Of a stretch of 64,000 nucleotides of DNA, positions 36,361-45,645 are shown one piece after another. This stretch comes from Candidatus Kaiserbacteria bacterium (GTDB lineage: Bacteria > Patescibacteriota > Minisyncoccia > Phycocordibacterales > UBA2100): the NCBI GenBank assembly GCA_016432285.1, contig CP066682.1, forward strand, positions 730,274 to 794,273. Direction: 5' to 3'. The notes under the pieces are model-generated. The model made no database searches. It was given only the letters and a program-made list of their open reading frames with translations, and had not been told where the DNA came from. The first letter of the stretch is position 1. The number at the start of each line of letters is the position of its first letter. Both the position numbers and the translations under genes were made by a program.

Positions 36361-37224
36361 GTTGTTTCCTTTTTCGAGCTCTTGTAAAAACATGGCTTTC
36401 TGCTGATCGGCGGGAAACTTGTCTGAGGGGCCCTTGCCGGGCGGCGCGCCATGCCAGCGGTAGTCGTTCTCGATAGAGGGCACGCCCTTGCCCGGAGTCG
36501 TATGGGCGAGGATCAGCGTCGGTTTTTCCTTGATCGATCTCGCCTCGTCGCATGCGGCAACAAACTGCCCCACGTTGTGGCCGTCTATGGGGATCACGTG
36601 CCAGCCGAACGCGCGGTACTTTTCATCAAGCGGCTCGAGCGGCATCACGTCTTCGGTATTGCCGTCGATCTGGATGTTGTTGCGATCCATCACCTGCACC
36701 AGATTGGTCAGCCGGTATTTGGCGGCAAACATCGCCCCTTCCCACGTGTTGCCTTCCTCTTGCTCGCCGTCGGAGGTGAGACAAAAGACGCGAAATGGTT
36801 TGCCGTCCATTCGCGCGGCAAGCGCGTAGCCCGCCGCCTGCGAGAGCCCCGAGCCAAGCGGCCCGGAAGTAGTCTCGAGCCCCGGCAACGATTCGCGCTC
36901 GGGGTGCCCCTGCAAGCGGGAGCCGAATGTGCGCAAGGTGAGGCACTCCTCCACCGGAAAGTATCCGGCGTGCGCCATGGCGGCGTACCGCACGGGCGTG
37001 ATGTGGCCGTTGGAGAGGATGAGGCGGTCGCGCTCTGCCCATGCAGGATTTTTCGGGTCGTGCTTCAGCACATGAAAATAGAGCGCCGCGAAAATATCCG
37101 CCATGCCTAAGGGGCCAGCGGTGTGCCCCGACTTAGCCGCGGCGAGCATCTCGATGATCGTCTTTCGTATCTCGAGGGCTTTTCCTTCGATCGCTTTTAT
37201 TTCGGCGTCGGTGATGGCGTTCAT
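36355..37224 (-). CDS. tkt: Transketolase, N-terminal subunit (TPP-binding domain)
   Basis: Start MNAITDAEIKAIEGKALEIRK... The TPP motif region is ...GHTAGPLGMADIFAALYFHVL...GPLGSGLSQAAG... Its stop overlaps the tktC start (ATGA). 289 aa. Confidence 0.85.
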   Translation of the reverse strand: MNAITDAEIKAIEGKALEIRKTIIEMLAAAKSGHTAGPLGMADIFAALYFHVLKHDPKNPAWAERDRLILSNGHITPVRYAAMAHAGYFPVEECLTLRTFGSRLQGHPERESLPGLETTSGPLGSGLSQAAGYALAARMDGKPFRVFCLTSDGEQEEGNTWEGAMFAAKYRLTNLVQVMDRNNIQIDGNTEDVMPLEPLDEKYRAFGWHVIPIDGHNVGQFVAACDEARSIKEKPTLILAHTTPGKGVPSIENDYRWHGAPPGKGPSDKFPADQQKAMFLQELEKGNNV

Positions 37225-37652
37225 ACGGCGACGTTGATGAGATTGAGGCCCGTTTCCTCGTCGAAGCCGCGCACGAGGGGCTGCGTAACCTCCCACATGC
37301 ACACCTCGAGCGTGAGCGCGACGACCGCTTTCCTTACATGCCCGCCGATCGTCTCGAGCGTTTCGTCGCAACGGGAGAGCACGGCGTGCACATGTGGCGA
37401 AGGCAGCTCGTTGAGCTCGGTGATGTTGCCGTCCATGCTGGAAACTTCAAACGGGCCCGCCTCCTGCCGGAATACGTACTGCCTCGTCGGAAGGTCGTAG
37501 TATCCGATCTCCACGTCTTCGACGGCGCCGATGGCCTGAAATTGCGCCCAGTGGATCTGATGCTCCTCGCAGTAGCGGCGGAGCGTCGCGATCAGCTCCT
37601 CGCCCCGCTCGAGTACGAGAAAGGTACCGTTGTGAATCTGCACGGCCTGCAT
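37221..37652 (-). CDS. DUF296 / PPC-domain protein (hypothetical)
   Basis: A 143-aa protein whose pattern GTFLVLERGEELIATLRRYCEEH...AIGAVEDVEIGYYD matches the plant-and-prokaryote-conserved (PPC/DUF296) fold. Its stop overlaps the tktN start (ATGA). Confidence 0.45.
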   Translation of the reverse strand: MQAVQIHNGTFLVLERGEELIATLRRYCEEHQIHWAQFQAIGAVEDVEIGYYDLPTRQYVFRQEAGPFEVSSMDGNITELNELPSPHVHAVLSRCDETLETIGGHVRKAVVALTLEVCMWEVTQPLVRGFDEETGLNLINVAV

Positions 37653-37770
37653 ACACGGAGTATACCCCGTGAGATAATGAAAATCACCGGGCAGTTTCCC
37701 ACAGAAAGTCTATGCGCCTCATGGATATGCGTGCGCGTTCGCGTATCTATCTCACGGGGTAGAGCCCGAT

Positions 37771-38889
37771 TTAGCGGGCGGCGAGAGATTGGAGCGCCTC
37801 GCGGACGGTCCTTTCCTCCACCGCATGCGCATACTCGCCGTCAGAGGTATCCACTGCTCCGCGGGATTGGAGGAGGACGAACTGCGGCACGCCAGCCCTC
37901 GTTTTTTTGTCAGCCTTCATCGCCTCCAGTATTTTTTCTGTGGAGAATTGCGGTACGTCTCTTTGGAGAATGCCCAAGCGGGAAAGAATATCGACGATGG
38001 CTGCCCTCTCCGTTGCGGACAAGATGCCGAGCAGCTCGGCAATTTTCATTTCCACGAGCATGCCATACCCCACCGCAAAGCCATGCGGCAACGAGTACTC
38101 GGAGAGGAGCTCGAACGCATGCCCCACCGTGTGCCCGAAATTCAAAATCTGCCGCTCGTTGCCCTCGCGCTCGTCACGGGAGACGACTTCCGCCTTGAAA
38201 GCGATCGAGCGTGCGACGAGATCCAATAGGAGGTCGGGCCTCCCGAGCGGATTATTGAGATCAAGCTCTTCGGCAAGCGTGAGCGCCTCCACGTCGGAAG
38301 TGATGAACGACTTCACAGCCTCCAAAAGGCCGCTCTGAAACTCCCGCTCTGGGAGCGAGCGCAAAAAATCGAGATCCGCGATCACGGCTTTCGGCTGCGC
38401 GAAGGCTCCGACCGTGTTTTTGCCGTACGGCGTGTCGACGCCGACCTTGCCGCCGATGGAGCTGTCGACCATAGCAAGGAGCGTGGTCGGCACATGCACG
38501 TACGGCACGCCGCGCATGTACGTGGCAGCTACGTAGCCTCCGAGATCTCCCGCGACGCCACCGCCAAGCGCGATCACGAGTGTGTCGCGGCCAAATCCCT
38601 TTTTGAGAAGCTCGTGCTGCACCCGCGTGGCCGTCTCCTGCGTTTTGTTTTTTTCTCCGTGCGGAAAGGTGAAGAGCTCGGCCTCGAAGGAAATCGTCTG
38701 GAGCGTGGCCAGAAAGCCCGGGGCGATCGCGCTCCCGACGCGGTCGTCGGTGATGATCGCGATGCGCCGCTTCCGGGCCTCTTTTTCGAGCACAGCCTTC
38801 AGTTCTTTACTGAGACCGAAACCCACGAAAACGCTATACGCGCCGCCCTGCGTCGTTACCGGAATCTCGCGCACTCCCTCGCTACGCAT
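37771..38889 (-). CDS. aroB: 3-dehydroquinate synthase
   Basis: The Gly-rich NAD site VIALGGGVAGDLGGYVAATYMRGVPYVHVPTTLLAMVDSSIGGKVGV and the metal-binding FGHTVGHAFE. 372 aa. Confidence 0.9.
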   Translation of the reverse strand: MRSEGVREIPVTTQGGAYSVFVGFGLSKELKAVLEKEARKRRIAIITDDRVGSAIAPGFLATLQTISFEAELFTFPHGEKNKTQETATRVQHELLKKGFGRDTLVIALGGGVAGDLGGYVAATYMRGVPYVHVPTTLLAMVDSSIGGKVGVDTPYGKNTVGAFAQPKAVIADLDFLRSLPEREFQSGLLEAVKSFITSDVEALTLAEELDLNNPLGRPDLLLDLVARSIAFKAEVVSRDEREGNERQILNFGHTVGHAFELLSEYSLPHGFAVGYGMLVEMKIAELLGILSATERAAIVDILSRLGILQRDVPQFSTEKILEAMKADKKTRAGVPQFVLLQSRGAVDTSDGEYAHAVEERTVREALQSLAAR

Positions 38890-39931
38890 GGTGCTTTGCC
38901 ATCTCGCGGATCAGCTGCTCCGTTTCTTCCCAGCCCATGCACGGGTCGGTGACAGACAGCCCCTCGCGATCGATTGTCTCCGGATCGAGCGATTCGATCT
39001 TTTGCGCTCCGGGCTTCAGGAAGCTTTCGATCATAAAACCTTTCACCAGTTTTTTCACTTCCGGGTTGACGGCGCGTACCGCCAAGACCTCCTTCACCAC
39101 CATGGCCTGCCGGCTCGGATCTTTGACGCCGTTGAAGCGGCAGTTGTCGTGGCTCGCGTCGACGATGATCGCCGGATTGTGCACTTTCTGTTTTTCAAAA
39201 AGCGTTTTCGCCTCCATGACATGCTCGACGCCGTAGTTGGGGCCGTCGGAGCCGCCCCGCAGCACGAGGTGCGCGTACTTGTTGCCCTTCGTCTCCACCT
39301 GATTGCCATCCCACACCGCGTGGTGCTTGTGCTGCGCCGCGACGATGCCGTTGACGGCCACTTCGATCGATCCCGTCGTGCCGTTTTTCATGCCGACCGG
39401 ACAGTCCGTGCCCGAGGCGAAGATGCGGTGCTCCTGATCTTCCACACTGCGTGCGCCGATCGCCATCCACGAAAGCAGCTCCGCGAAACCTTTTGCGTTG
39501 TGCGTGAAGACCGCCTCATCCGCGATGGGGAGGCCCATCTCTACCGCTTGCACCATCATGTCGCGGCAGTACGCGGCACCCTCTGGAATGTCAGGCGCCT
39601 GAAACGGATCCGGCTGGTTGACCGGCCCGAGCCAGCCCTTGATCGTCCGGGGCTTTTGGATGTACACGCGCATGACGAGCTTGATCCGCTTCTCGACGTC
39701 GGCGGAAAGATTCTTGAGCCGCTTGGCGAACTCCAAAACCGCCGGCGAAGGCCACGCGGAGCAGGGCCCCACGATGAGGAGAAGTCGATCATCGCGGCCG
39801 TCGAGGATTGTGCGGATCTCGTCGCGGTCAGCGAATACTTTTTTTTGAGCGCTCTTTGAGAGCGGGTAGCGCGCGATGATGTCGTCGATCTGCGGCAGCT
39901 TCCTGACGACCGTGAAATTCGCGTCCATCAA
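38882..39931 (-). CDS. aroG: 3-deoxy-D-arabino-heptulosonate-7-phosphate synthase, class I (AroG/F/H type)
   Basis: DDRLLLIVGPCSA, KPRTIKGWLGPVN and AIGARSVEDQEHR match class I-alpha DAHP synthase. It overlaps the aroB start by 8 nt. Confidence 0.85.
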   Translation of the reverse strand: MMDANFTVVRKLPQIDDIIARYPLSKSAQKKVFADRDEIRTILDGRDDRLLLIVGPCSAWPSPAVLEFAKRLKNLSADVEKRIKLVMRVYIQKPRTIKGWLGPVNQPDPFQAPDIPEGAAYCRDMMVQAVEMGLPIADEAVFTHNAKGFAELLSWMAIGARSVEDQEHRIFASGTDCPVGMKNGTTGSIEVAVNGIVAAQHKHHAVWDGNQVETKGNKYAHLVLRGGSDGPNYGVEHVMEAKTLFEKQKVHNPAIIVDASHDNCRFNGVKDPSRQAMVVKEVLAVRAVNPEVKKLVKGFMIESFLKPGAQKIESLDPETIDREGLSVTDPCMGWEETEQLIREMAKHHA

Positions 39932-39937
39932 GGGAGC

Positions 39938-40753
39938 TTAGCGCTCTCGCACTGCTTTTTCAAGCACAGGCGCGTACGCCGCGCTCTCAATGTCTCGTTG
40001 GAGCCATAAACGCTCCTGTTCGATTCCCTGCTCCAAAAACATCGTGAGGCCCGAGATCGTCGTCGCACCTTTTTCCTTCGCGGCACGCAGGAGCCCCGTC
40101 TCGAGCGGCGCGTACACGAGATCGAAAACCGCCGCACCAGAGCGGATGAGCGATGCATCAACTGGCAAACCCTCATGGTCCGGCGCCATACCGATCGGGG
40201 TCGCGTTGACGATGACGTCGTATGAAGTGCGCGCAAGATCGCCAGTCGCGACAAACGTGCCGCCGAAAGCGGCAACGAGCTCCCGTGCCTGCCCTTCGTC
40301 GCGATTTGTGCAAAAAATATGCGCCCCGGCTTCCTTGAGATGGAAGGCGACGCAGCGCGCGGCGCCTCCGGCGCCTACGAGGAGCACGTTGGCTTCCGCG
40401 AGGCGCACCTGGCCGAGCGCCTTGCTGATGCCGACCACGTCGGTGTTGTATCCAATGAGTTTCCCGCCTCGATTCACAACCGTGTTGACGGCACCGATCG
40501 CTTTTGCGGTGGCATCGATCTCATCGAGGAGCGGCATGATCGTCTGCTTGTGCGGCATGGTAACGGCCGCGAGATGGATCGGAAGAGATCTCTGGGCGGC
40601 CACAAGTGGCGCGACATCCGCGTGCGCGAAGGCGAGCATCACTGCATCGATCTTCTCGCGCTCGTAGATCGCGTTGTGCAAAAGCGGCGACAGCGAGTGC
40701 TTCACCGGGTTGCCGAAAATCGCCGTGAGTTTTGTCGCGGGAGAAAAGTGCAT
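39938..40753 (-). CDS. aroE: Shikimate 5-dehydrogenase
   Basis: Start MHFSPATKLTAIFGNPVKHSLSPLLHNAIY (substrate-binding N-domain). The NADP Rossmann motif is LLVGAGGAARCVAF. 271 aa. Confidence 0.85.
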   Translation of the reverse strand: MHFSPATKLTAIFGNPVKHSLSPLLHNAIYEREKIDAVMLAFAHADVAPLVAAQRSLPIHLAAVTMPHKQTIMPLLDEIDATAKAIGAVNTVVNRGGKLIGYNTDVVGISKALGQVRLAEANVLLVGAGGAARCVAFHLKEAGAHIFCTNRDEGQARELVAAFGGTFVATGDLARTSYDVIVNATPIGMAPDHEGLPVDASLIRSGAAVFDLVYAPLETGLLRAAKEKGATTISGLTMFLEQGIEQERLWLQRDIESAAYAPVLEKAVRER

Positions 40754-40755
40754 GG

Positions 40756-41190
40756 TTACTGTAGGTGCGGCGCGAGCGTCTCCAGCGCTTCGATGTATCC
40801 GTGCTCCTTCTTGCCGCTTATCTGCGCGATGCATGCGGGAGCGGTCACGGAGACCGTGCGCCAGCTCTCTCGTGAGATGATGTCCGAAAGATGCACTTCG
40901 ACGGCGGGAAGCTTGGTGTCGAGGAGCGCGTCGTGGAGGGCGTAGCTGTAGTGCGTGAGCGCCCCAGGATTGACGATGATGCCGCGGGCGCCTTCGCTCT
41001 CCTTCTGGAGCCAGTCGATGAGGGCACCCTCGTGGTTGGATTGAAATGCTTTCACTGTGTGCCCGCGCGCCTCGGCCTCCTTTTTCACAAGCGCTTCGAG
41101 CGCCGGGAGTGAAAGCGAGCCGTACTGCGCCGCGTCGCGCTTCCCAAGCTGGTTGAGGTTTGGCCCGTGAAGAAGAAGGATGGTGGCCAT
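40756..41190 (-). CDS. aroQ: 3-dehydroquinate dehydratase, type II
   Basis: MATILLLHGPNLNQLGKRDAAQYGSLSL...IIVNPGALTHYSYALHDAL, typical of AroQ type II. 144 aa. Confidence 0.85.
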   Translation of the reverse strand: MATILLLHGPNLNQLGKRDAAQYGSLSLPALEALVKKEAEARGHTVKAFQSNHEGALIDWLQKESEGARGIIVNPGALTHYSYALHDALLDTKLPAVEVHLSDIISRESWRTVSVTAPACIAQISGKKEHGYIEALETLAPHLQ

Positions 41191-41206
41191 GGAAAAAGAA
41201 ATCGTA

Positions 41207-41899
41207 CTACAGGAGCGCGTCTTCGGCGAGCGCCGAAAGGCGTTGAAAAGCGGCCGCCGGATCGGGAGCGCGCGCGATGGCCGCGCCCACGCCAAAGCGC
41301 CGCGCGCCAGCGCGCACCAGATCCTTCATGTTGGTTTCGGACACGCCGCCATCGACGCTGATGGTGATTTCAGGATAGCGGTCGTGGAATGCTGCGATGC
41401 GCGTCGGCGCGCTCGGCTCGTACGGAATCCCCTGCGTGCCGATCCGCGTGATCGACATCAGGTGCACGACGTCAACGATATATTTGTGGTGCTCCATCAC
41501 TTCAAGCGGCGTATCCCAGAGCATGGCGAGCCCCACCTCTGCCGCACCGTGGCGCTTCCATGCGTCGAGCGCGCCGTGCGCGTCGTTTTCGCCGGCGAAG
41601 GCCTCGACGTGCGCGATGATTCGGTTCGCACCCGCTTTGGCAAATTCGATCCCCAGAAGCCGCGGATCTTGCACCATGAGATGTATCTCGGGAAGGACGC
41701 CGACCACCATGGAAAGGTCGACGGCGCCGTATTCGCCTGCCTTTTCGTACGGCCATGTCGTAACGGGCGCGAAGCGCCCGTCGTCGATGTCGATATGTAT
41801 TTCGGAAGCGAACGGCTTGATCAGAGACACGCAGGCGCGTATCTCCTCTGCGCTTTGCGGCACGCACGTGGGCACGATCGCGATTCCTTTTTCGCTCAT
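41207..41899 (-). CDS. rpe: Ribulose-phosphate 3-epimerase
   Basis: Start MSEKGIAIVPT... IHIDIDDGRFAPVTTWP and IHLMVQDP are Rpe metal-site motifs. A TIM barrel, 230 aa. The longer ORF-track N-terminus is R-rich noise. Confidence 0.7.
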   Translation of the reverse strand: MSEKGIAIVPTCVPQSAEEIRACVSLIKPFASEIHIDIDDGRFAPVTTWPYEKAGEYGAVDLSMVVGVLPEIHLMVQDPRLLGIEFAKAGANRIIAHVEAFAGENDAHGALDAWKRHGAAEVGLAMLWDTPLEVMEHHKYIVDVVHLMSITRIGTQGIPYEPSAPTRIAAFHDRYPEITISVDGGVSETNMKDLVRAGARRFGVGAAIARAPDPAAAFQRLSALAEDALL

Positions 41900-42384
41900 G
41901 TGAGGGAATCGATTTGCTTGATACGGCGCACGTGCCGCTCCTCGCCCGGAAATGCGCGATCGAGCCATGCGGCGACGACCTCCTTTGCCTCGCTTTCTCT
42001 GATGAAGCGCGCGCCGAGCGAGAGCGCGTTGGAGTCGTTGTGCTCGCGGGTCGAGGCGATCATGTCGAGCGATGTGCCGCCCGCGTCTTTCTGCACGCCG
42101 GCCGCACCATAGTAGAGCGCGCACCGCACGCCTCGGAAGCGGTTGGCGACGATCGCCTCTCCTTGCCCCGAGGCGCCAAGGACGATGGCGCGGCTTTCCA
42201 CGCCGGAGCGGGCGTCGTCGGAGAGTTTTTTGGCGGCGGCCGCGATGAAGTGCGGATAGTCGTCGTCTTTATCAAAAGCAAATGCGCCGCAATCTTCCGC
42301 CTCGTGCCCGAGCGTGCGAACGTATTCTATGAGCGCGTTCTTCAGCTCGAAGCCCGCGTGATCGGCCGCGAAATAAATCTTCAT
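41896..42384 (-). CDS. rpiB: Ribose-5-phosphate isomerase B (RpiB/LacAB family)
   Basis: MKIYFAADHAGFELKNALIEYV...IVLGASGQGEAIVANRFRGVRCAL. It overlaps the rpe start (ATGA). Confidence 0.85.
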   Translation of the reverse strand: MKIYFAADHAGFELKNALIEYVRTLGHEAEDCGAFAFDKDDDYPHFIAAAAKKLSDDARSGVESRAIVLGASGQGEAIVANRFRGVRCALYYGAAGVQKDAGGTSLDMIASTREHNDSNALSLGARFIRESEAKEVVAAWLDRAFPGEERHVRRIKQIDSLT

Positions 42385-42385
42385 G

Positions 42386-43390
42386 CTACAGGCGCTTTGC
42401 CACCTCGGCGACGTGCTCCAGAAGCGTATGCGTGTACCCGGCCTCGTTGTCGTACCATGCCATTACCTTCACCAGCGTGCCGTCGACGACGCGCGTCATG
42501 GAAAGATCGGCGATCGCGCCGTAGGGCTGCCCGAGAATGTCGGAGGAGACGAGCGGCTCGTCGGTGATCGCAAACACGCGCTTCCATCGGTCGCTCGAAG
42601 CGGCTTTTCGTAAGGCGTCGTTGATTTCTTCCACGGTGGTCGGGCGTTTCGATACGAAGGTCACGTCGACAAGCGAGCCCGCGGGCACCGGGACGCGCAC
42701 CGAAATGCCGTCGAACTTGCCTTTCAGCTGCGGATACGCGAGCGCGGTCGCCTTTGCCGCACCGGTGGAGGTGGGCACGAGGTTTTGCGCCGCAGCGCGA
42801 CTCTCGCGAAGATCCTTGGCGCGGCCGCCGTCGACGATCGCTTGCGAGGCGGTGTAGCCGTGCGTCGTATTCAAAATCGCGCGCTCCACGCCCACCGCTT
42901 CGTCGAGAATGCCGACGAGCGGAGAGGCCGCGTTGGTGGTGCAGGAGGCATTGGAGGTGATGTCGCACTTCCCAAACTGCTCCTCGTTGGCGCCGATGAG
43001 AATCGTCTCCACGCCCTCGCCCTTGCCGGGAGCGGAGATCACCACCTTCTTGGCACCGGCCATGAGGTGCGCCTTCGCTTTTTCACCGTCGGTAAAGAGG
43101 CCAGTCGACTCGATTACGATGTCGACGCCGAGAGCTTTCCACGGCAGCGCCGCAGGATCCTTCTCGGTGTACACCGGCACGGTTGTGCCGTCAATCACGA
43201 TGGCCTTGTCGGCGGCTGCGACGGAAAACGGCGCCCTCCCGTACACGGTGTCATATTTCAAAAGGTACGCGAGGCTTTCCGGCGGAGTGATGTCGTTGAC
43301 GGCGACGAGCTCCATGTCCTTCCGGGCGTGCATCGCCCGCGCGAGCCCCCTGCCGATTCTGCCAAAACCGTTGATCGCGATTTTCACCAT
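42386..43390 (-). CDS. gap: Glyceraldehyde-3-phosphate dehydrogenase
   Basis: MVKIAINGFGRIGRGLARA and the catalytic region ASCTTNAASP. 334 aa. Confidence 0.9.
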   Translation of the reverse strand: MVKIAINGFGRIGRGLARAMHARKDMELVAVNDITPPESLAYLLKYDTVYGRAPFSVAAADKAIVIDGTTVPVYTEKDPAALPWKALGVDIVIESTGLFTDGEKAKAHLMAGAKKVVISAPGKGEGVETILIGANEEQFGKCDITSNASCTTNAASPLVGILDEAVGVERAILNTTHGYTASQAIVDGGRAKDLRESRAAAQNLVPTSTGAAKATALAYPQLKGKFDGISVRVPVPAGSLVDVTFVSKRPTTVEEINDALRKAASSDRWKRVFAITDEPLVSSDILGQPYGAIADLSMTRVVDGTLVKVMAWYDNEAGYTHTLLEHVAEVAKRL

Positions 43391-43416
43391 GCGCAGAATG
43401 ATACTATATCTCCGCG

Positions 43417-44412
43417 CTATTCGCTCGTTGTGGATGTGGCTGTATCAGTGGTTTCTGATTCGGGCTGCGGCTCTGGTTCTGGTTCTGCGCTCGGTGTGCT
43501 TGAGGCCGTTTCTTGCACGATCGGCGCATACGGGTCGTAAATCTCCACGATGCGCGTGGCCGTGCCCCTGTTGCCGCTGCTGTCGCTCGCCTCATACCGC
43601 ACCGTCCATGTCCCCGGCGCCGACGTGTCGATGGAAATCGCCGGCGTGTGGATGTCGTTGAGGTAGAGATCGATGAGGATCGACTGGCCGTCCGCTCCGG
43701 TCGCAAAGGCGCCGAGGTCGGCGTAGCGGTATCCCTTTTCGATGCGCGCCGGATTTTTGCCGAGCACCTGCACGTTGATCGTGCCGCCCGAAGCGGGCGC
43801 GGTGCTCACGCTTCCGCCACCCGAATCTCCCGAAGATGCGCTTCCGGAAGAAGCGTCAGAGCTCGTGGAAGCGATCGGCGCGGGCGGCGTCACGACCGGC
43901 TGATAGCCGGGGATCACTTCCGAGCTATCGTCGAGGAGCGCACCGACAAGCCCGCCGTATGTGGTGGCGACCGTTTTTTGCGTGATGCTCTTGCGCTCGA
44001 TCGCCTGCACCTCCTTGAGGAAGGAGATCTCGCGATCGATTTTCTGCTTCAGCTGCGCCATGGCGTAGAGGCCAAGGTCGCGGTACGGCCCGAGATCGGC
44101 CTTCGAGACGTTCATCGTCTCTTCGACGATGACGTCGCGCCACACGTAATCTTGGAGCGCGATCGTTCTGAACTGATACTTCACGTAGTAGTTGTCTTGA
44201 TCTTCTGTCACTTCCACAATCTGCACTTTGGGAGACCAGCTCGTAAAGTCTTTGCCCGAAATGTAGGTGTTGTCGACCGAGACGACTGTTTCCGATGCCG
44301 AGTAGATCGCCTCCGGATTCGTGGCCGCGAAGACGCCTCCCGCACCGAGGACGAGAATGCCGATCGCAATCGGCACGGCGTTGTGGTACTGCAAGAAGTG
44401 CCAAAATGACAT
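43417..44412 (-). CDS. Membrane-anchored protein with an Ig-like C-terminal domain and an acidic Ser/Thr/Pro/Glu tail
   Basis: Start MSFWHFLQYHNAVPIAIGILVLGAGGVFAA (TM). Then a Ser-rich linker, then the domain ...INVQVLGKNPARIEKGYRYADLGAFATGADGQSILIDLYLNDIHTPAISIDTSAPGTWTVRYEASDSSGNRGTATRIVEIYD, then the tail PSAEPEPEPQPESETTD. Confidence 0.55.
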   Translation of the reverse strand: MSFWHFLQYHNAVPIAIGILVLGAGGVFAATNPEAIYSASETVVSVDNTYISGKDFTSWSPKVQIVEVTEDQDNYYVKYQFRTIALQDYVWRDVIVEETMNVSKADLGPYRDLGLYAMAQLKQKIDREISFLKEVQAIERKSITQKTVATTYGGLVGALLDDSSEVIPGYQPVVTPPAPIASTSSDASSGSASSGDSGGGSVSTAPASGGTINVQVLGKNPARIEKGYRYADLGAFATGADGQSILIDLYLNDIHTPAISIDTSAPGTWTVRYEASDSSGNRGTATRIVEIYDPYAPIVQETASSTPSAEPEPEPQPESETTDTATSTTSE

Positions 44413-44479
44413 GGTCCCTTTCAGTATATAAGAGGAATGCCTCTCGCGTGGCATTGTCCCCACGAGTACGTCTTGTATT

Positions 44480-45637
44480 TCATCGCGTAGTGCAGAAAAG
44501 GTCGAACGACCGCCCGGCCGTCGCACAGAAACGTTTATACTCCCTCGTGTTTGACCCGAAAATAAACTCCGCCCGCAATACGAGAGCCTCGGCGCACGAA
44601 TGTCGAAGATCTACAGGCGCGGATTCGCAGAGACTGAGGGCTCGCTCGCCTTGCGAGCGGTCTTCCTCGAGCACAGCCTGCGCGACGGCAGTGAGGCATG
44701 CGAGACGCCTTTCTGCACCAACCGCTTTGCAGGCACGAACCGCTCCTCCGGGATTATCGAGCGACATTCTGCCAAGAATGGCGAACGCCGTGTCGTAGCA
44801 GTACCCTTGCTGCTCTTGATTTGGGTACCCTTCGCAAAACGAATCAATGCCGACTCCGGCGACAATCCCCTCCCGCGCGTATGGCCAACTTTCTCTGAGG
44901 CAGGCGCCTTCATACTGATCCTCCCCAAACTGCGAACAATACGTGCGGACGGTCGTGGTCGACGGTTTTTGAGACATGCGTTCGATTAACAAAAAATCAT
45001 CCGGTTCCAGGGGTTGGTAAATCTGCATGAAGACCCCTTCGAGACACATGCGTTGTGTACGATCGGACGTCGTTTTTTTGCACAATTGGAGCGAGCGCGG
45101 AATGTCTGCATCGGTGAGAAACACATACAGATGCCCGAGACCGTGATAGCAGATAGCCTTGTCGAGCTCGCTCGGATTCCAAGAACCTCGCGGCTCGCAT
45201 GCGCGGGAGAAATCCGGTATGAGTTTCTGGAGCGCATCCTCGGTCAGCACTTCCGCTCGGAACCTTCCTCCGATGACGCCGTGCATGAACCCGTTCGAGC
45301 ACAGACCGTCCGGGGGATTCAGCGGAATCGCGTCGAGCCACGCATCCGGATTGTCGGCAACGATGCGCTCTCCCAGCTTGTGCGCGAGCACATGGCAGAA
45401 CTGGTAACCAGAATCTGCGCGCCGAATTTCTCGAACGATCGCGAAGATAGCCTTCAATGGCATCTCGGGATAGAGAGCGGCCACTTCGCGCTCATAGCAG
45501 AACGCATGATTCGATTCCTTGTCGCATGCGGCGATGATGGAACGGGCACTCTCAGTCGTTGTTTCGCGTACGAACGCGAATACGCCGAGAAGCAGCAGCA
45601 TCGAGAACAAGAGAGGTAGCGCCGTGCTTCTTTGCAT
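44480..45637 (-). CDS. Secreted or membrane Cys-rich protein, paralog A (CYHGLGH motif)
   Basis: N-terminal hydrophobic leader (ALPLLFSMLLLLGVFAFV), about 16 Cys residues, and the motifs CHVLAHKLGE, CSNGFMHGVIGG and AICYHGLGHLYVF, which are shared with the downstream paralog. The start is uncertain (45637, 45646 or 45658). Confidence 0.55.
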   Translation of the reverse strand: MQRSTALPLLFSMLLLLGVFAFVRETTTESARSIIAACDKESNHAFCYEREVAALYPEMPLKAIFAIVREIRRADSGYQFCHVLAHKLGERIVADNPDAWLDAIPLNPPDGLCSNGFMHGVIGGRFRAEVLTEDALQKLIPDFSRACEPRGSWNPSELDKAICYHGLGHLYVFLTDADIPRSLQLCKKTTSDRTQRMCLEGVFMQIYQPLEPDDFLLIERMSQKPSTTTVRTYCSQFGEDQYEGACLRESWPYAREGIVAGVGIDSFCEGYPNQEQQGYCYDTAFAILGRMSLDNPGGAVRACKAVGAERRLACLTAVAQAVLEEDRSQGERALSLCESAPVDLRHSCAEALVLRAEFIFGSNTREYKRFCATAGRSFDLFCTTR

Positions 45638-45645
45638 ATCGCGCA

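Noticed and set aside
35417-37110. + ORFs of 329 and 219 aa
   Set aside because: Antisense to the two transketolase subunit genes.
38582-39859. 425-aa + ORF
   Set aside because: Antisense to aroG and aroB.
43513-44409. 298-aa + ORF
   Set aside because: Antisense to the Ig-like membrane protein gene.
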